Of a stretch of 64,000 nt of DNA, positions 1 to 8,582 are shown one piece after another. Numbering within the stretch: position 1 is the first letter of the stretch; every line of letters begins with the position of its first letter. Under the pieces are notes generated by a model that was not told the DNA's origin, made no database searches, and saw nothing but the letters and a program-made list of their open reading frames with translations. The stretch is taken from assembly GCA_964397215.1 (NCBI GenBank), contig CAYNHE010000001.1, positions 5,075 to 69,074 of the forward strand, given 5' to 3'. Source of the DNA: an uncultured Candidatus Saccharibacteria bacterium. Its GTDB lineage: Bacteria > Patescibacteriota > Saccharimonadia > Saccharimonadales > Saccharimonadaceae. The position numbers and the translations under genes were made by a program.

Positions 1-837
1 ACGTTCGGAGACGTCGTTGACTTTTTGTACGAAAGTTGTGAGAGTACCGTCGTCGTTAATCTTGAACCAGCCATAAATTGCCTCGTGTAGGCCGCCGATG
101 TCTAGGACGAGTTGATTGTTGAGATAAACCCAAACGTCGTCGTCACCGGAGAATTCAAACAACTCAGTACCGTTGGCGTCAATTTTGGCTGAAAAACCGA
201 GGTGAGCGGTGAAGTGGAAGTTGTGATTTTTGTCGTCTTTGCCCTGCCATTTTTTATCGCCTAGCGAAGTAGAATTGTCGACTGGGAAGATGTTGTGGCC
301 GCCGTAAGTGTAAGTTTTTGGTCCGGTGCGGCGGAAAGTGACTTCGCCATCGATTTGTTTAGAAAGCCCTGGAACCTCATGGAACCAGCGGTAGAAGTTG
401 TCGGTAGATTTGACAGGGTCGTTGCCGGTAACGTTCATGGTGAAAACGTCGTGATTGGCTACCCAAGCATCGGCGCTACTGACGAAAGCTGGAATTGGCA
501 AGCGATCAGTGCCAAGGTTTTTCTTGACGATTCCCTGCAAGACGCCCTTGGTCCAGTAGCCACAATCTACCCATTCAAATTGACGATTAGGGTCGTCACA
601 ACTGTCGATTTTTTGATCCCAGTAGGTGATTGGCACGGTGATGGTCTCAGGATTACCGAGTGAACCAACCGCCCAGGCTGCTGGGATGCCATTTTCGTTA
701 GCAAGGTTCTCTAGTGACATCGCGCGTACCAAAGATGAGACGCCGATGATGGTCAAGACCAAGAACGATGCGCAGGCCACGACACGCGAGACAGAACAGA
801 TGCGAGCCTTGATTGCTATTTTTCTTGCTTTATTCAT
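1..837 (-). CDS. Fibro-slime domain surface protein, 5' part (runs off window start); paralog of 8583-10700
   Basis: Hand translation from ATG at 837 gives MNKARKIAIKARICSVSRVVACASFLVLTIIGVSSLVRAMSLENLANENGIP...HFTAHLGF...LFEFSGDDDVWVYLNNQLVLDIGGLH, colinear with the 705-aa ORF. Not in the ORF track because it is incomplete. Confidence 0.85.
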   Translation of the reverse strand, partial: MNKARKIAIKARICSVSRVVACASFLVLTIIGVSSLVRAMSLENLANENGIPAAWAVGSLGNPETITVPITYWDQKIDSCDDPNRQFEWVDCGYWTKGVLQGIVKKNLGTDRLPIPAFVSSADAWVANHDVFTMNVTGNDPVKSTDNFYRWFHEVPGLSKQIDGEVTFRRTGPKTYTYGGHNIFPVDNSTSLGDKKWQGKDDKNHNFHFTAHLGFSAKIDANGTELFEFSGDDDVWVYLNNQLVLDIGGLHEAIYGWFKINDDGTLTTFVQKVNDVSER

Positions 838-916
838 GATTATTACTCTCTTTATACTTAAACTTATTGTATTTTAAATTGAAAATAAGGTCAAGTGTTT
901 TAAAAATAACATAAGT

Positions 917-2188
917 GTGATTAAATGGTGTACTTTTGGAGAATGGTGTGCTATGATTATGAATAGCGATGAGTTTGGCTATACGGGGCTCATGCACAAA
1001 TTAATAAGAAAGAAGGTGATTACTCTGGGAAGAGTAGAAGAATTAGGTAAGGTGATGCAATCTGAACGGATGTGTCGTATTGCTAAGAATGCCGTGCCGC
1101 CGAATTATGATATGATTAAGCGTAAATGCTTATATTATATCGGTTTGGCGACTGGAATGAATATCTTGACACAAGAACCTATTGCAGTTTCTCCTGTGAC
1201 TGAGGATGAAGTGGCTTGGGTTTACGACATTTTTCGGCAGAGTATGTCCGCGAAGGCGGCTGACGAGGCAGACTTGAAGACGCGTCTATGGCGTCTGGAG
1301 GCTATGTGGTCGGTCATGCAAAGAGATATGTTGGCTAATCGTGGTTTTTACGAGTTTGTCAAGGAAAACGGTCTCGACTCTGATTTTATGTTGCAATTTT
1401 ACTTCGATATACCTAATCGTGTGCGTCCCGGCGACCAGCTGCCGGAGGGACTTGTGTCGGATTCATCTCATTTGATGGACACTGCATATGGATGGTATAT
1501 ATGTGGGAATGGCACCTACCGGGAGATTCCGGTGAGCGATCAGGCGGCGCGTCAGGTGGTATATGAAGCGACTTGGGGTGGGATACGCTTCCGTGGTGCT
1601 AATACCTGCTATGAAAGATTGCAGCTCGGCGATGGAGCATTGATTGCTTCACTCTGTGCCGGAACATCTCCGGAGAGCCGATTCTTTGATTGGCAAAATC
1701 GTGGGGTGAAGCAGCGGTTGGTAGCATATGATGAGAATCTGCAGCTACAGAAAGCATTGCCGGTAGTTTTTCCGAAACCTTTATCTGAGTATGGTATTGA
1801 AAGGTTTTATTTCGATGAAATGAAACAGGGCTTCAAGAATCCTGATTTGTATCGCGCGTGTGATATGACTTTGATTCAGGGTGGCTTGTCTTATAACTTT
1901 GACCATACGCAGGAAGTATTTGAAGGCATGAAAAACATTACGCGTCCGGGTGGATGTATTTGCGGCGAAGTTCAGGTCGGCGAAATTGGCCTTTTGAACT
2001 GCAGTAAAACCCTTGGATGGGAAGAAACTCGACGCAAGATGCAGCCCGATCAGGATGTGCCTAGTGCACAGAAACGTATCGAAGAATGCGCACATGCGGC
2101 CGGCTTGAAGGTAGATATTATGATGGATGACTATTCATCTGGATTCAACTATGTGCCTACGACCGTGTGGTTCAAGTTAATTGTGTAA
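917..2188 (+). CDS. Hypothetical protein with probable C-terminal SAM-dependent methyltransferase-like fold
   Basis: 423-aa ORF; SLCAG, AYDEN, LIQGGLSY and RPGG segments resemble Rossmann MTase motifs. Start uncertain. Confidence 0.45.
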   Translation: MIKWCTFGEWCAMIMNSDEFGYTGLMHKLIRKKVITLGRVEELGKVMQSERMCRIAKNAVPPNYDMIKRKCLYYIGLATGMNILTQEPIAVSPVTEDEVAWVYDIFRQSMSAKAADEADLKTRLWRLEAMWSVMQRDMLANRGFYEFVKENGLDSDFMLQFYFDIPNRVRPGDQLPEGLVSDSSHLMDTAYGWYICGNGTYREIPVSDQAARQVVYEATWGGIRFRGANTCYERLQLGDGALIASLCAGTSPESRFFDWQNRGVKQRLVAYDENLQLQKALPVVFPKPLSEYGIERFYFDEMKQGFKNPDLYRACDMTLIQGGLSYNFDHTQEVFEGMKNITRPGGCICGEVQVGEIGLLNCSKTLGWEETRRKMQPDQDVPSAQKRIEECAHAAGLKVDIMMDDYSSGFNYVPTTVWFKLIV

Positions 2189-2361
2189 TTCGGAGAACAG
2201 AAACTGGTTCTGTGAAATCCTCGGCTGAGTGGACTCGTGATTCTTACCTTAGTAACTTAAGGAACCTTGGCACTTGCCGGGGTTTCTTTTTTGTTTAATG
2301 AAGAAAAAGATTGACGAGTTTTTTGTACTTATGCTACAATTTAGTTAATTATAGGAGGTTT

Positions 2362-3714
2362 ATGAGTTTAATATCAATTTTGCTGATTGCAACGGCGATT
2401 TTGGTGGTACTGACCGGGTTAGTATCACTGGTCGGTGCATCGAAAATCGACAAGAGCAGAATGGCGTGGTTCTTCGTGGCTACGTTAGGCTTGTCGGCGT
2501 GGTCTTTGTCGATTGCTGGATTTTTGGGTATGCCAGCGACGGCACATGAGACTACTGCTACTATTTTTATTTATGGTATATATTTGAGTGCGCTCGTTGC
2601 AGTGCCAGCGCTGTTAGGATATAGTGCTTGGAAATATACATTTGGTAAAATCTTGACCATTTTGTATATTTTGGGTGGTTTTATATTAGCGGCTTGTTTG
2701 ATACATGACCAAGGTATATTGTACGATGCCTTAACTATGAGCGAAGCAAGTGGAAACTCTATCCATATTGTTAATGGTTGGTTCTACTATACGTATGTGA
2801 TTTATTTCTGTACCTGCTTTACAATTTATCTTGGCATATTGTTTTATCGGGCCAAACACACCAAGAACAAGCGAGTGCGTTCTGGTGATATGATTTTACT
2901 AATTGGGATGGTGATTTCTTCTGGATTTACCGGACTCTTTGACCTTATCTTGCCATTCTTTGGTAAATATGACTCTATTTGGGTTGGGCCTCTAGTTCTC
3001 TCGATTGTGATGGTGATATTCTTTTACTCAATTGTGAAATACCGCATTATTACGGTTGAAGCTCGTTGGATGCGTTTGATGGCGTACGTAGTAGTGATGT
3101 CCGTTGGTGTAATCATCTACATGTTGATTTTTTACCTCATCTTCACGGCGCTATTTAAGATTCCAAATCCGTCAGCTTCTGTGCTCGTCTTGAACTTCAT
3201 CATGATTGTAATTGTGTTACTACTGATGCCGGTAATTAATGAGCTTATCGCTTCAATTCGTTCAATGATTTCTTCGGGACAAGTTGATATTGCTTATGTA
3301 ATTAAAAAGCTTAATAAACTAGCAACTCGCAACGTGGATTTGCGCGACCTTGCTGCTTTCTTGGCTGACCATTTGCACTTCTCCTATATCGGTTTTATTA
3401 TTAACGGTAAACTCTATGGCTCTAAGCCTTTAGCGATGTCGAGTGATGAGATCGCTTCGGTTTCTCGTATGAAAAGTGCTTCACATGATGGGGTCTGGCA
3501 GGAACCAAACAAGACAGTTTCTAAGACTCTTGACGAATTAGGCCTGAAAGCGGTTGCAGAATTACGGAATGCAAAAGGTAAAACATTTGGTCAGTTGATT
3601 GTCGGCAAGCCTTTGGGCAAGAATAGTTTTGAGCGCCGTGATTTGATTCAGCTTGAGATGATTATCAATTTGGTGGCGACCGTGATTGACTCGGAGAAAC
3701 ATATTAGGGCTTAA
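2362..3714 (+). CDS. Multi-pass membrane protein with N-terminal 7TM (HisKA_7TM-like) domain, no kinase domain
   Basis: AGGAGG then ATG at 2362; about 9 hydrophobic segments, then a short soluble GAF-like tail. Confidence 0.55.
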   Translation: MSLISILLIATAILVVLTGLVSLVGASKIDKSRMAWFFVATLGLSAWSLSIAGFLGMPATAHETTATIFIYGIYLSALVAVPALLGYSAWKYTFGKILTILYILGGFILAACLIHDQGILYDALTMSEASGNSIHIVNGWFYYTYVIYFCTCFTIYLGILFYRAKHTKNKRVRSGDMILLIGMVISSGFTGLFDLILPFFGKYDSIWVGPLVLSIVMVIFFYSIVKYRIITVEARWMRLMAYVVVMSVGVIIYMLIFYLIFTALFKIPNPSASVLVLNFIMIVIVLLLMPVINELIASIRSMISSGQVDIAYVIKKLNKLATRNVDLRDLAAFLADHLHFSYIGFIINGKLYGSKPLAMSSDEIASVSRMKSASHDGVWQEPNKTVSKTLDELGLKAVAELRNAKGKTFGQLIVGKPLGKNSFERRDLIQLEMIINLVATVIDSEKHIRA

Positions 3715-3735
3715 TTGATAGGTTAGGTGTAGAAT

Positions 3736-4752
3736 ATGACGGCTGCGAGATTAATGCATCAAACTAAAATGACGATTCTCTTGTCGCTTAATGCGGTGGC
3801 AATCTTGATTGTTGGTGTGATGATTTTTTCGGCAATCAATTTGAACGGCGGAATTGAATTCCAGGTAGTTGCTGAGCGTAGTGATGTGATTGATGATGCG
3901 CTAGAATCGGTGGACCTCTTGGCGCCAGAGATTGATTCTCTCGATGCGCCAGTGACTGTGGTTTCTGGTGGGCATACTGCGACGATTCCTTCTGGGGGTG
4001 GCAGTAGCAACGGTGGGTATGTTTCGACCGGCAGTTCTACTAGGAGTTCGGGAGGTATTGGCAATGGTGCTGTGGCGTCGGGTGAATTATGGAATGAAGA
4101 CGCAATTACGATTTTCCAGACAGCAGATTTTGATATTTGTGTTGGCGGAGGACTAAGCGGTTTGGGTGATATGTACTGGCAGAGTAGTAACCCAAATGTG
4201 ATTGCTGGGTTCTATAATAGCGCTCGGACTTGGTTAGGCTATAATTCGGCGACTTGTCGCTATCCAAGTATCGTCGGTACTGGTACGACGACGATTACCG
4301 CTGGTACTTATGATGGTAAACGCCATGACAAATTAACTGTGACGGTAATTGCTCCGCCAGTAGAACAATGGAAACGAGATGTTCTAGCGCTAGTTAACGA
4401 AGAACGCCGTAAGAATGGTCTTTCGGCTCTAGCGTGGGGTACGACTTGTGAACAAGCAGCAAATGTCCGTGCGCGAGAGATTATGTCGGTCTATTCTCAT
4501 ACGCGACCAGATGGAAGTGCGTTTAGTACGGCCTGTCCAATTCCAACCGCAACCGGTGGTAAATCTGGTGAAAACTTGGCCGCTGGCAATGCAGCAGTTT
4601 CTCCGGAGACGGTAGTGGCAACTTGGATGGCGTCAGAGGCGCACCGGCAGAATATTCTTGATCCAGACTTTAAGTATGTGTCGGTCGGATTTGTCTTTGA
4701 TCCGGGGTCGACGTATAAGACGTATTGGTCCCAATACTTCACTACATACTAA
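3736..4752 (+). CDS. Membrane-anchored/secreted CAP (SCP) domain protein
   Basis: N-terminal TM; LVNEERRKNGL, HTRPDG, GENLA, WMASEAHRQNIL are CAP signatures. Confidence 0.85.
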   Translation: MTAARLMHQTKMTILLSLNAVAILIVGVMIFSAINLNGGIEFQVVAERSDVIDDALESVDLLAPEIDSLDAPVTVVSGGHTATIPSGGGSSNGGYVSTGSSTRSSGGIGNGAVASGELWNEDAITIFQTADFDICVGGGLSGLGDMYWQSSNPNVIAGFYNSARTWLGYNSATCRYPSIVGTGTTTITAGTYDGKRHDKLTVTVIAPPVEQWKRDVLALVNEERRKNGLSALAWGTTCEQAANVRAREIMSVYSHTRPDGSAFSTACPIPTATGGKSGENLAAGNAAVSPETVVATWMASEAHRQNILDPDFKYVSVGFVFDPGSTYKTYWSQYFTTY

Positions 4753-4878
4753 GGGCTCGTTCTTTTCGCGCACTACTTTGTCAGAGGCTGTACTGCTCCG
4801 TCGACGTACCATTAAGTACGTCTCCGTCCGCGGTGCGCCTCTTCCTCGTATTGCATCGAAAATAACTTCGCCCAAAAT

Positions 4879-5595
4879 CTATGTACGGAAAATGTTGCGC
4901 GAACATTGTAACAAATCAGCCACTACGTGCAGCTTAATATGGCCGTTATTGCTTAAATTGTCGTGTAGTTTGAGCAGATTTGGTAGTTTGGTGAGGAATT
5001 TTTCGTTGTTGGTTTTGAAATACGATTTGTAGAGGATTTCGATGGCGGTGCTAACGACAGCAAGAGCCTGTTCGCGTGGTTTCGGTTTGGCGGTAGTGAG
5101 CTGATTGGCGATACTTGGCAGGTCTAGCACATCGGTGGTGATGAGTATTTTGGCAAGCTCCATAATTTCTGGGTCGGCCTGAGGCGCTTGATTGATGGAA
5201 TTCTGGATTCTTTGGTAAAAAATCTGCGCACGAGAACGGATAGTCGGCAACAATTTCAAAGGCTCATCTGTAAATAACACAAAATGATAATTTTTGCCTG
5301 GTTCTTCAAAAGTTTTGAGAAAAGCGTTCTGGGCGGCTTCGTTCATCGCATCGGCCGGAGCTATCACTAAGAATTGTTCGCTGGTCGAGATATTATTAGT
5401 TTGTGCGATAAAATTACGCAGGTTTTCGACAGAAATAAGCGTGGTGGTTTTGTCTTCGTCAGGACCAAGCAGAAGTGAACGCGGAAATAGTCGGTTAATC
5501 CGGTCTGGCGCGAAATGACTTCTTGGTACGACAAAAATCGCACAACTGACGCGGTGAGCAATTTCTGGTATATTATCTAGTTCATCAAAAAACAT
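4879..5595 (-). CDS. holB: DNA polymerase III delta-prime-like subunit
   Basis: ADAMNEAAQNAFLKTFEEP motif; probable ATG at 5595. Confidence 0.7.
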   Translation of the reverse strand: MFFDELDNIPEIAHRVSCAIFVVPRSHFAPDRINRLFPRSLLLGPDEDKTTTLISVENLRNFIAQTNNISTSEQFLVIAPADAMNEAAQNAFLKTFEEPGKNYHFVLFTDEPLKLLPTIRSRAQIFYQRIQNSINQAPQADPEIMELAKILITTDVLDLPSIANQLTTAKPKPREQALAVVSTAIEILYKSYFKTNNEKFLTKLPNLLKLHDNLSNNGHIKLHVVADLLQCSRNIFRT

Positions 5596-6496
5596 TAAAT
5601 TCCTCTGGAACTTCAGCGACAAAAGTTTTGCGGATACCACCATTTTGACCAGGAATTGTGATTTCTAGTTTCCTGGCATGCAAATAAAGGCGCGGTGCAG
5701 TACGTTTGTGAAAGTCTAATTGATTACCGCGTTCCCAATTGCCATATACTACGTCACCGACAATTGGCGTGCCGAGATATTTTAGATGAACGCGTAGCTG
5801 ATGTGTGCGGCCAGTACGCGGTTTCAGCTCCAAGAGACTGAGTTGATTATTACTAGTGATGACTTGATAATAAGTCTCGGAGGCTTTGCCGTTTTGATCA
5901 ACTTGAAAAGTGGTTGGCCGTTTGAGGTTGCGGCTAATTGGTAAGTTAATTAGAGCTTCGGGATGTTCTGGATGACCTTCTACAAGAGCAACGTAAGTTT
6001 TGTGAGTTTTGCGATCCTGAAATTGTTTGCGAAGCATTTTTTGAGTAGAAGCATTTTTGGCTAAAATTACCACGCCACTCGTGTCGCGGTCCAGACGATG
6101 GACGAGTAAACCAAAATCCTCCAGCGTACTTTCTGGACAGAATTCGCCTTTAGCCATGCTAAGCAGTCCGGCAGGTTTGTTCAGGACAGTTACGTTATCA
6201 TCCTCGTAAATTATTGGTGGTCGTTCGGTAGTTACCTTAGTATTTGGTGCGTCGAGAATAATCTCTACGTCTTTTTCGAATTTTTGGTTTGGCTTTTCGG
6301 CCACTACTCCATTTACAGTAACACGGCCCATTGAAACGAATTTTTGTAAGGTTGAACGGTTATATTGGGGATACTTTTCGACTAATAAATGATCTAGCCT
6401 AAATTTAGGCGTAGCAACTTGTTCTTCGATTACGCGGTCACCATTAATAACTCTTGAGAGTTCTGGTTTGCTGAATTTTTTGCCAGTAACAATCAT
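5585..6496 (-). CDS. RluA-family pseudouridine synthase with S4 domain
   Basis: RLDHLL S4 start, NKPAGL, HRLDRDTSG, GRTHQLRVH. Confidence 0.92.
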   Translation of the reverse strand: MIVTGKKFSKPELSRVINGDRVIEEQVATPKFRLDHLLVEKYPQYNRSTLQKFVSMGRVTVNGVVAEKPNQKFEKDVEIILDAPNTKVTTERPPIIYEDDNVTVLNKPAGLLSMAKGEFCPESTLEDFGLLVHRLDRDTSGVVILAKNASTQKMLRKQFQDRKTHKTYVALVEGHPEHPEALINLPISRNLKRPTTFQVDQNGKASETYYQVITSNNQLSLLELKPRTGRTHQLRVHLKYLGTPIVGDVVYGNWERGNQLDFHKRTAPRLYLHARKLEITIPGQNGGIRKTFVAEVPEEFNVF

Positions 6497-7515
6497 CGAA
6501 GTCCAATTAACTCCTGAACGCGATGTAGCTTACGATTGGCGACTTCGTTAGCGTAAGTTTCACCTTGCTCAAGCAGGGTGAGGACGGTATTGTCGTCGAC
6601 TTCTTGAAGCTTGGCTTGGAAGCTTTCTAGGAAAGTACTGACACTTGCGGCAACTTTTTGTTTAAGGTCGCCATAATGTGTCTCGCCAGCATAAGTGCTA
6701 ATCACATCTTGGAGTGGCACGTCGTTTACTAAGCTCTCAATCTGGAGAAGGTTGCTAATGCCTGGCTGGTTAAACATATCATATTGAATTTTGCCAACTG
6801 AATCGGTGGTGGCGCTCATGATTTTTTTGGCGGCAGCTGCTGGGTCATCATTAATCATGATCTTAGCCTTTTCGTTGGCGGTTGATTTGCTCATTTTCTT
6901 CTCTGGATTAACTAGGTCACGAATCCGAATTCCACCATCGGTCTGCATAAATTTGGCTTGCTCACTCGGCTCGACTGGCAAGGTAAAAACTTCGCCATAT
7001 TTAGCATTAAATTTTGCACCCAGACGACGAGTGAGTTCGAGATGCTGGAATTGATCCTCGCCAACTGGAATATATTCAGCATCGTAGAGCAAAATATCGG
7101 CAGCCATGAGGACTGGGTAATCAAAAATTCCCACGCCGACGCTCTTTTTGCCTTCGCTTTTATCTTTGTATTGAGTCATGCGATTAAGATCGCCCATACT
7201 GGCGATACAATTAAGAATCCAACAGAGTTCAGAGTGTGCCGGAACGCGTGATTGGCGATAAAAATGCACATTTTGGTTAATAACTAGACCGGCAGCGAGG
7301 TAATTTTTGAGTGAAGCAATCAGATTAGTCTGTAAATTACCATCGATGTCGTCGATGATAGAGTGAAGGTCAGGAACGAAAATATTGATTTGGTTATTTT
7401 GAGAATGAGCATTGGCAAGACGTACCATTGGCAGCAGCGCACCAAGAAAATTCCCAAGCGTTAACTCGCTATTAACGCGGAGACCAGTTAAAATTGTTGA
7501 ATTCTGTGTTTTCAT
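6493..7515 (-). CDS. trpS: Tryptophanyl-tRNA synthetase
   Basis: TLGNFLGA, YPVLMAADIL, VPVGEDQ-like, KMSKS motifs. Confidence 0.95.
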   Translation of the reverse strand: MKTQNSTILTGLRVNSELTLGNFLGALLPMVRLANAHSQNNQINIFVPDLHSIIDDIDGNLQTNLIASLKNYLAAGLVINQNVHFYRQSRVPAHSELCWILNCIASMGDLNRMTQYKDKSEGKKSVGVGIFDYPVLMAADILLYDAEYIPVGEDQFQHLELTRRLGAKFNAKYGEVFTLPVEPSEQAKFMQTDGGIRIRDLVNPEKKMSKSTANEKAKIMINDDPAAAAKKIMSATTDSVGKIQYDMFNQPGISNLLQIESLVNDVPLQDVISTYAGETHYGDLKQKVAASVSTFLESFQAKLQEVDDNTVLTLLEQGETYANEVANRKLHRVQELIGLR

Positions 7516-7554
7516 ATTATATATTATACCACATCAGATGGGTCTGGAATATGT

Positions 7555-8481
7555 TTAATCCGTTTCGTCGAATAAACCGCAGTCTTGCGCTTGGCATTTT
7601 TCGATTGGGCTTTCCATCTCGATGGTAACATGACTAAGATTATGGCTTAGTAAATATTCTCTCACGGCGTTTTTGGCTTGAACTTCGTTCTGTTGATAGA
7701 CTACATGTACAGTAGCATAGTTACGCTCATTATCTAATGCCCAAATATGTAAATGATGCACGTTTTTGACGTGTGGTAGGTTGAGTAGCCCTTGTTTGAG
7801 CTTTTTTATGGAAATATCGTGTGGAGTTTTTTCGAGAAAAATTTCTAGGATTTCTAAACAATTGCTCACGGCTTCCTTAAGAATAAAAATTGCCACAGCG
7901 ATAGAAAGAATTGGGTCAAGCAGATGCCAATTAGTAAACCGCATAACGATTGCGCCAATTAATACAACTACCCAACCTAAGACATCTTCTAGCATATGAA
8001 GGTTAACTGATTTTTGATTGAGTGAATGGCTGCCGTGTGTAAACCAAGCAGCTAAAAAATTTACGACGACGCCTATCAGCGCAAGCAAAATCATGCCATC
8101 ATAGTGTATTTCGACTGGCTGAAAAAGACGTGTCACAGCGTTAAGAATTACGAAGCTTGAACCAAAAATTAAAATTATAGTAGTAATGAGACCACCAATT
8201 AAAGAGTAGCGTAGATAACCATAAGTATAGTTAGCGTCAGGTGCCTTTTGGCTACGTTTTTCAAGTAGATAGGCAATACCAATACTGAGCGCATCACCGA
8301 TGTCATGAATTGAATCAGAAACGATAGCTACGCTGCCCGTCAAGGTGCCGCCGATAAACTCATAGATTGAAAAACCTAGATTGAGGATAAATGCGACGAG
8401 GATATTCTTGGCACTCTTCGTGGTGTGCTGATGCGTATGCGTGTGGCGTGTTGCATGTGAGTTTGAGTGGTCTTTAGTCAT
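7555..8481 (-). CDS. Cation diffusion facilitator (CzcD-like metal exporter)
   Basis: His-rich N-terminus, SDSIHDIGD, HMLEDVLG, HHLHIW; AAAGGAG before ATG 8481. Confidence 0.9.
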   Translation of the reverse strand: MTKDHSNSHATRHTHTHQHTTKSAKNILVAFILNLGFSIYEFIGGTLTGSVAIVSDSIHDIGDALSIGIAYLLEKRSQKAPDANYTYGYLRYSLIGGLITTIILIFGSSFVILNAVTRLFQPVEIHYDGMILLALIGVVVNFLAAWFTHGSHSLNQKSVNLHMLEDVLGWVVVLIGAIVMRFTNWHLLDPILSIAVAIFILKEAVSNCLEILEIFLEKTPHDISIKKLKQGLLNLPHVKNVHHLHIWALDNERNYATVHVVYQQNEVQAKNAVREYLLSHNLSHVTIEMESPIEKCQAQDCGLFDETD

Positions 8482-8582
8482 TTTGGCTCCTTTCTTGGTG
8501 TTTAACATGTGTGAAACTAAGTGCGAACAATTTTCGGACGTTCTTGTGCTTTAATAAAATGTGCTATATAGCTATATATGTT

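Noticed and set aside
295-877. + strand ORFs 295-663 and 626-877, and many similar 60-250-aa ORFs antisense to housekeeping genes
   Set aside because: Shadow frames of well-supported genes on the opposite strand.
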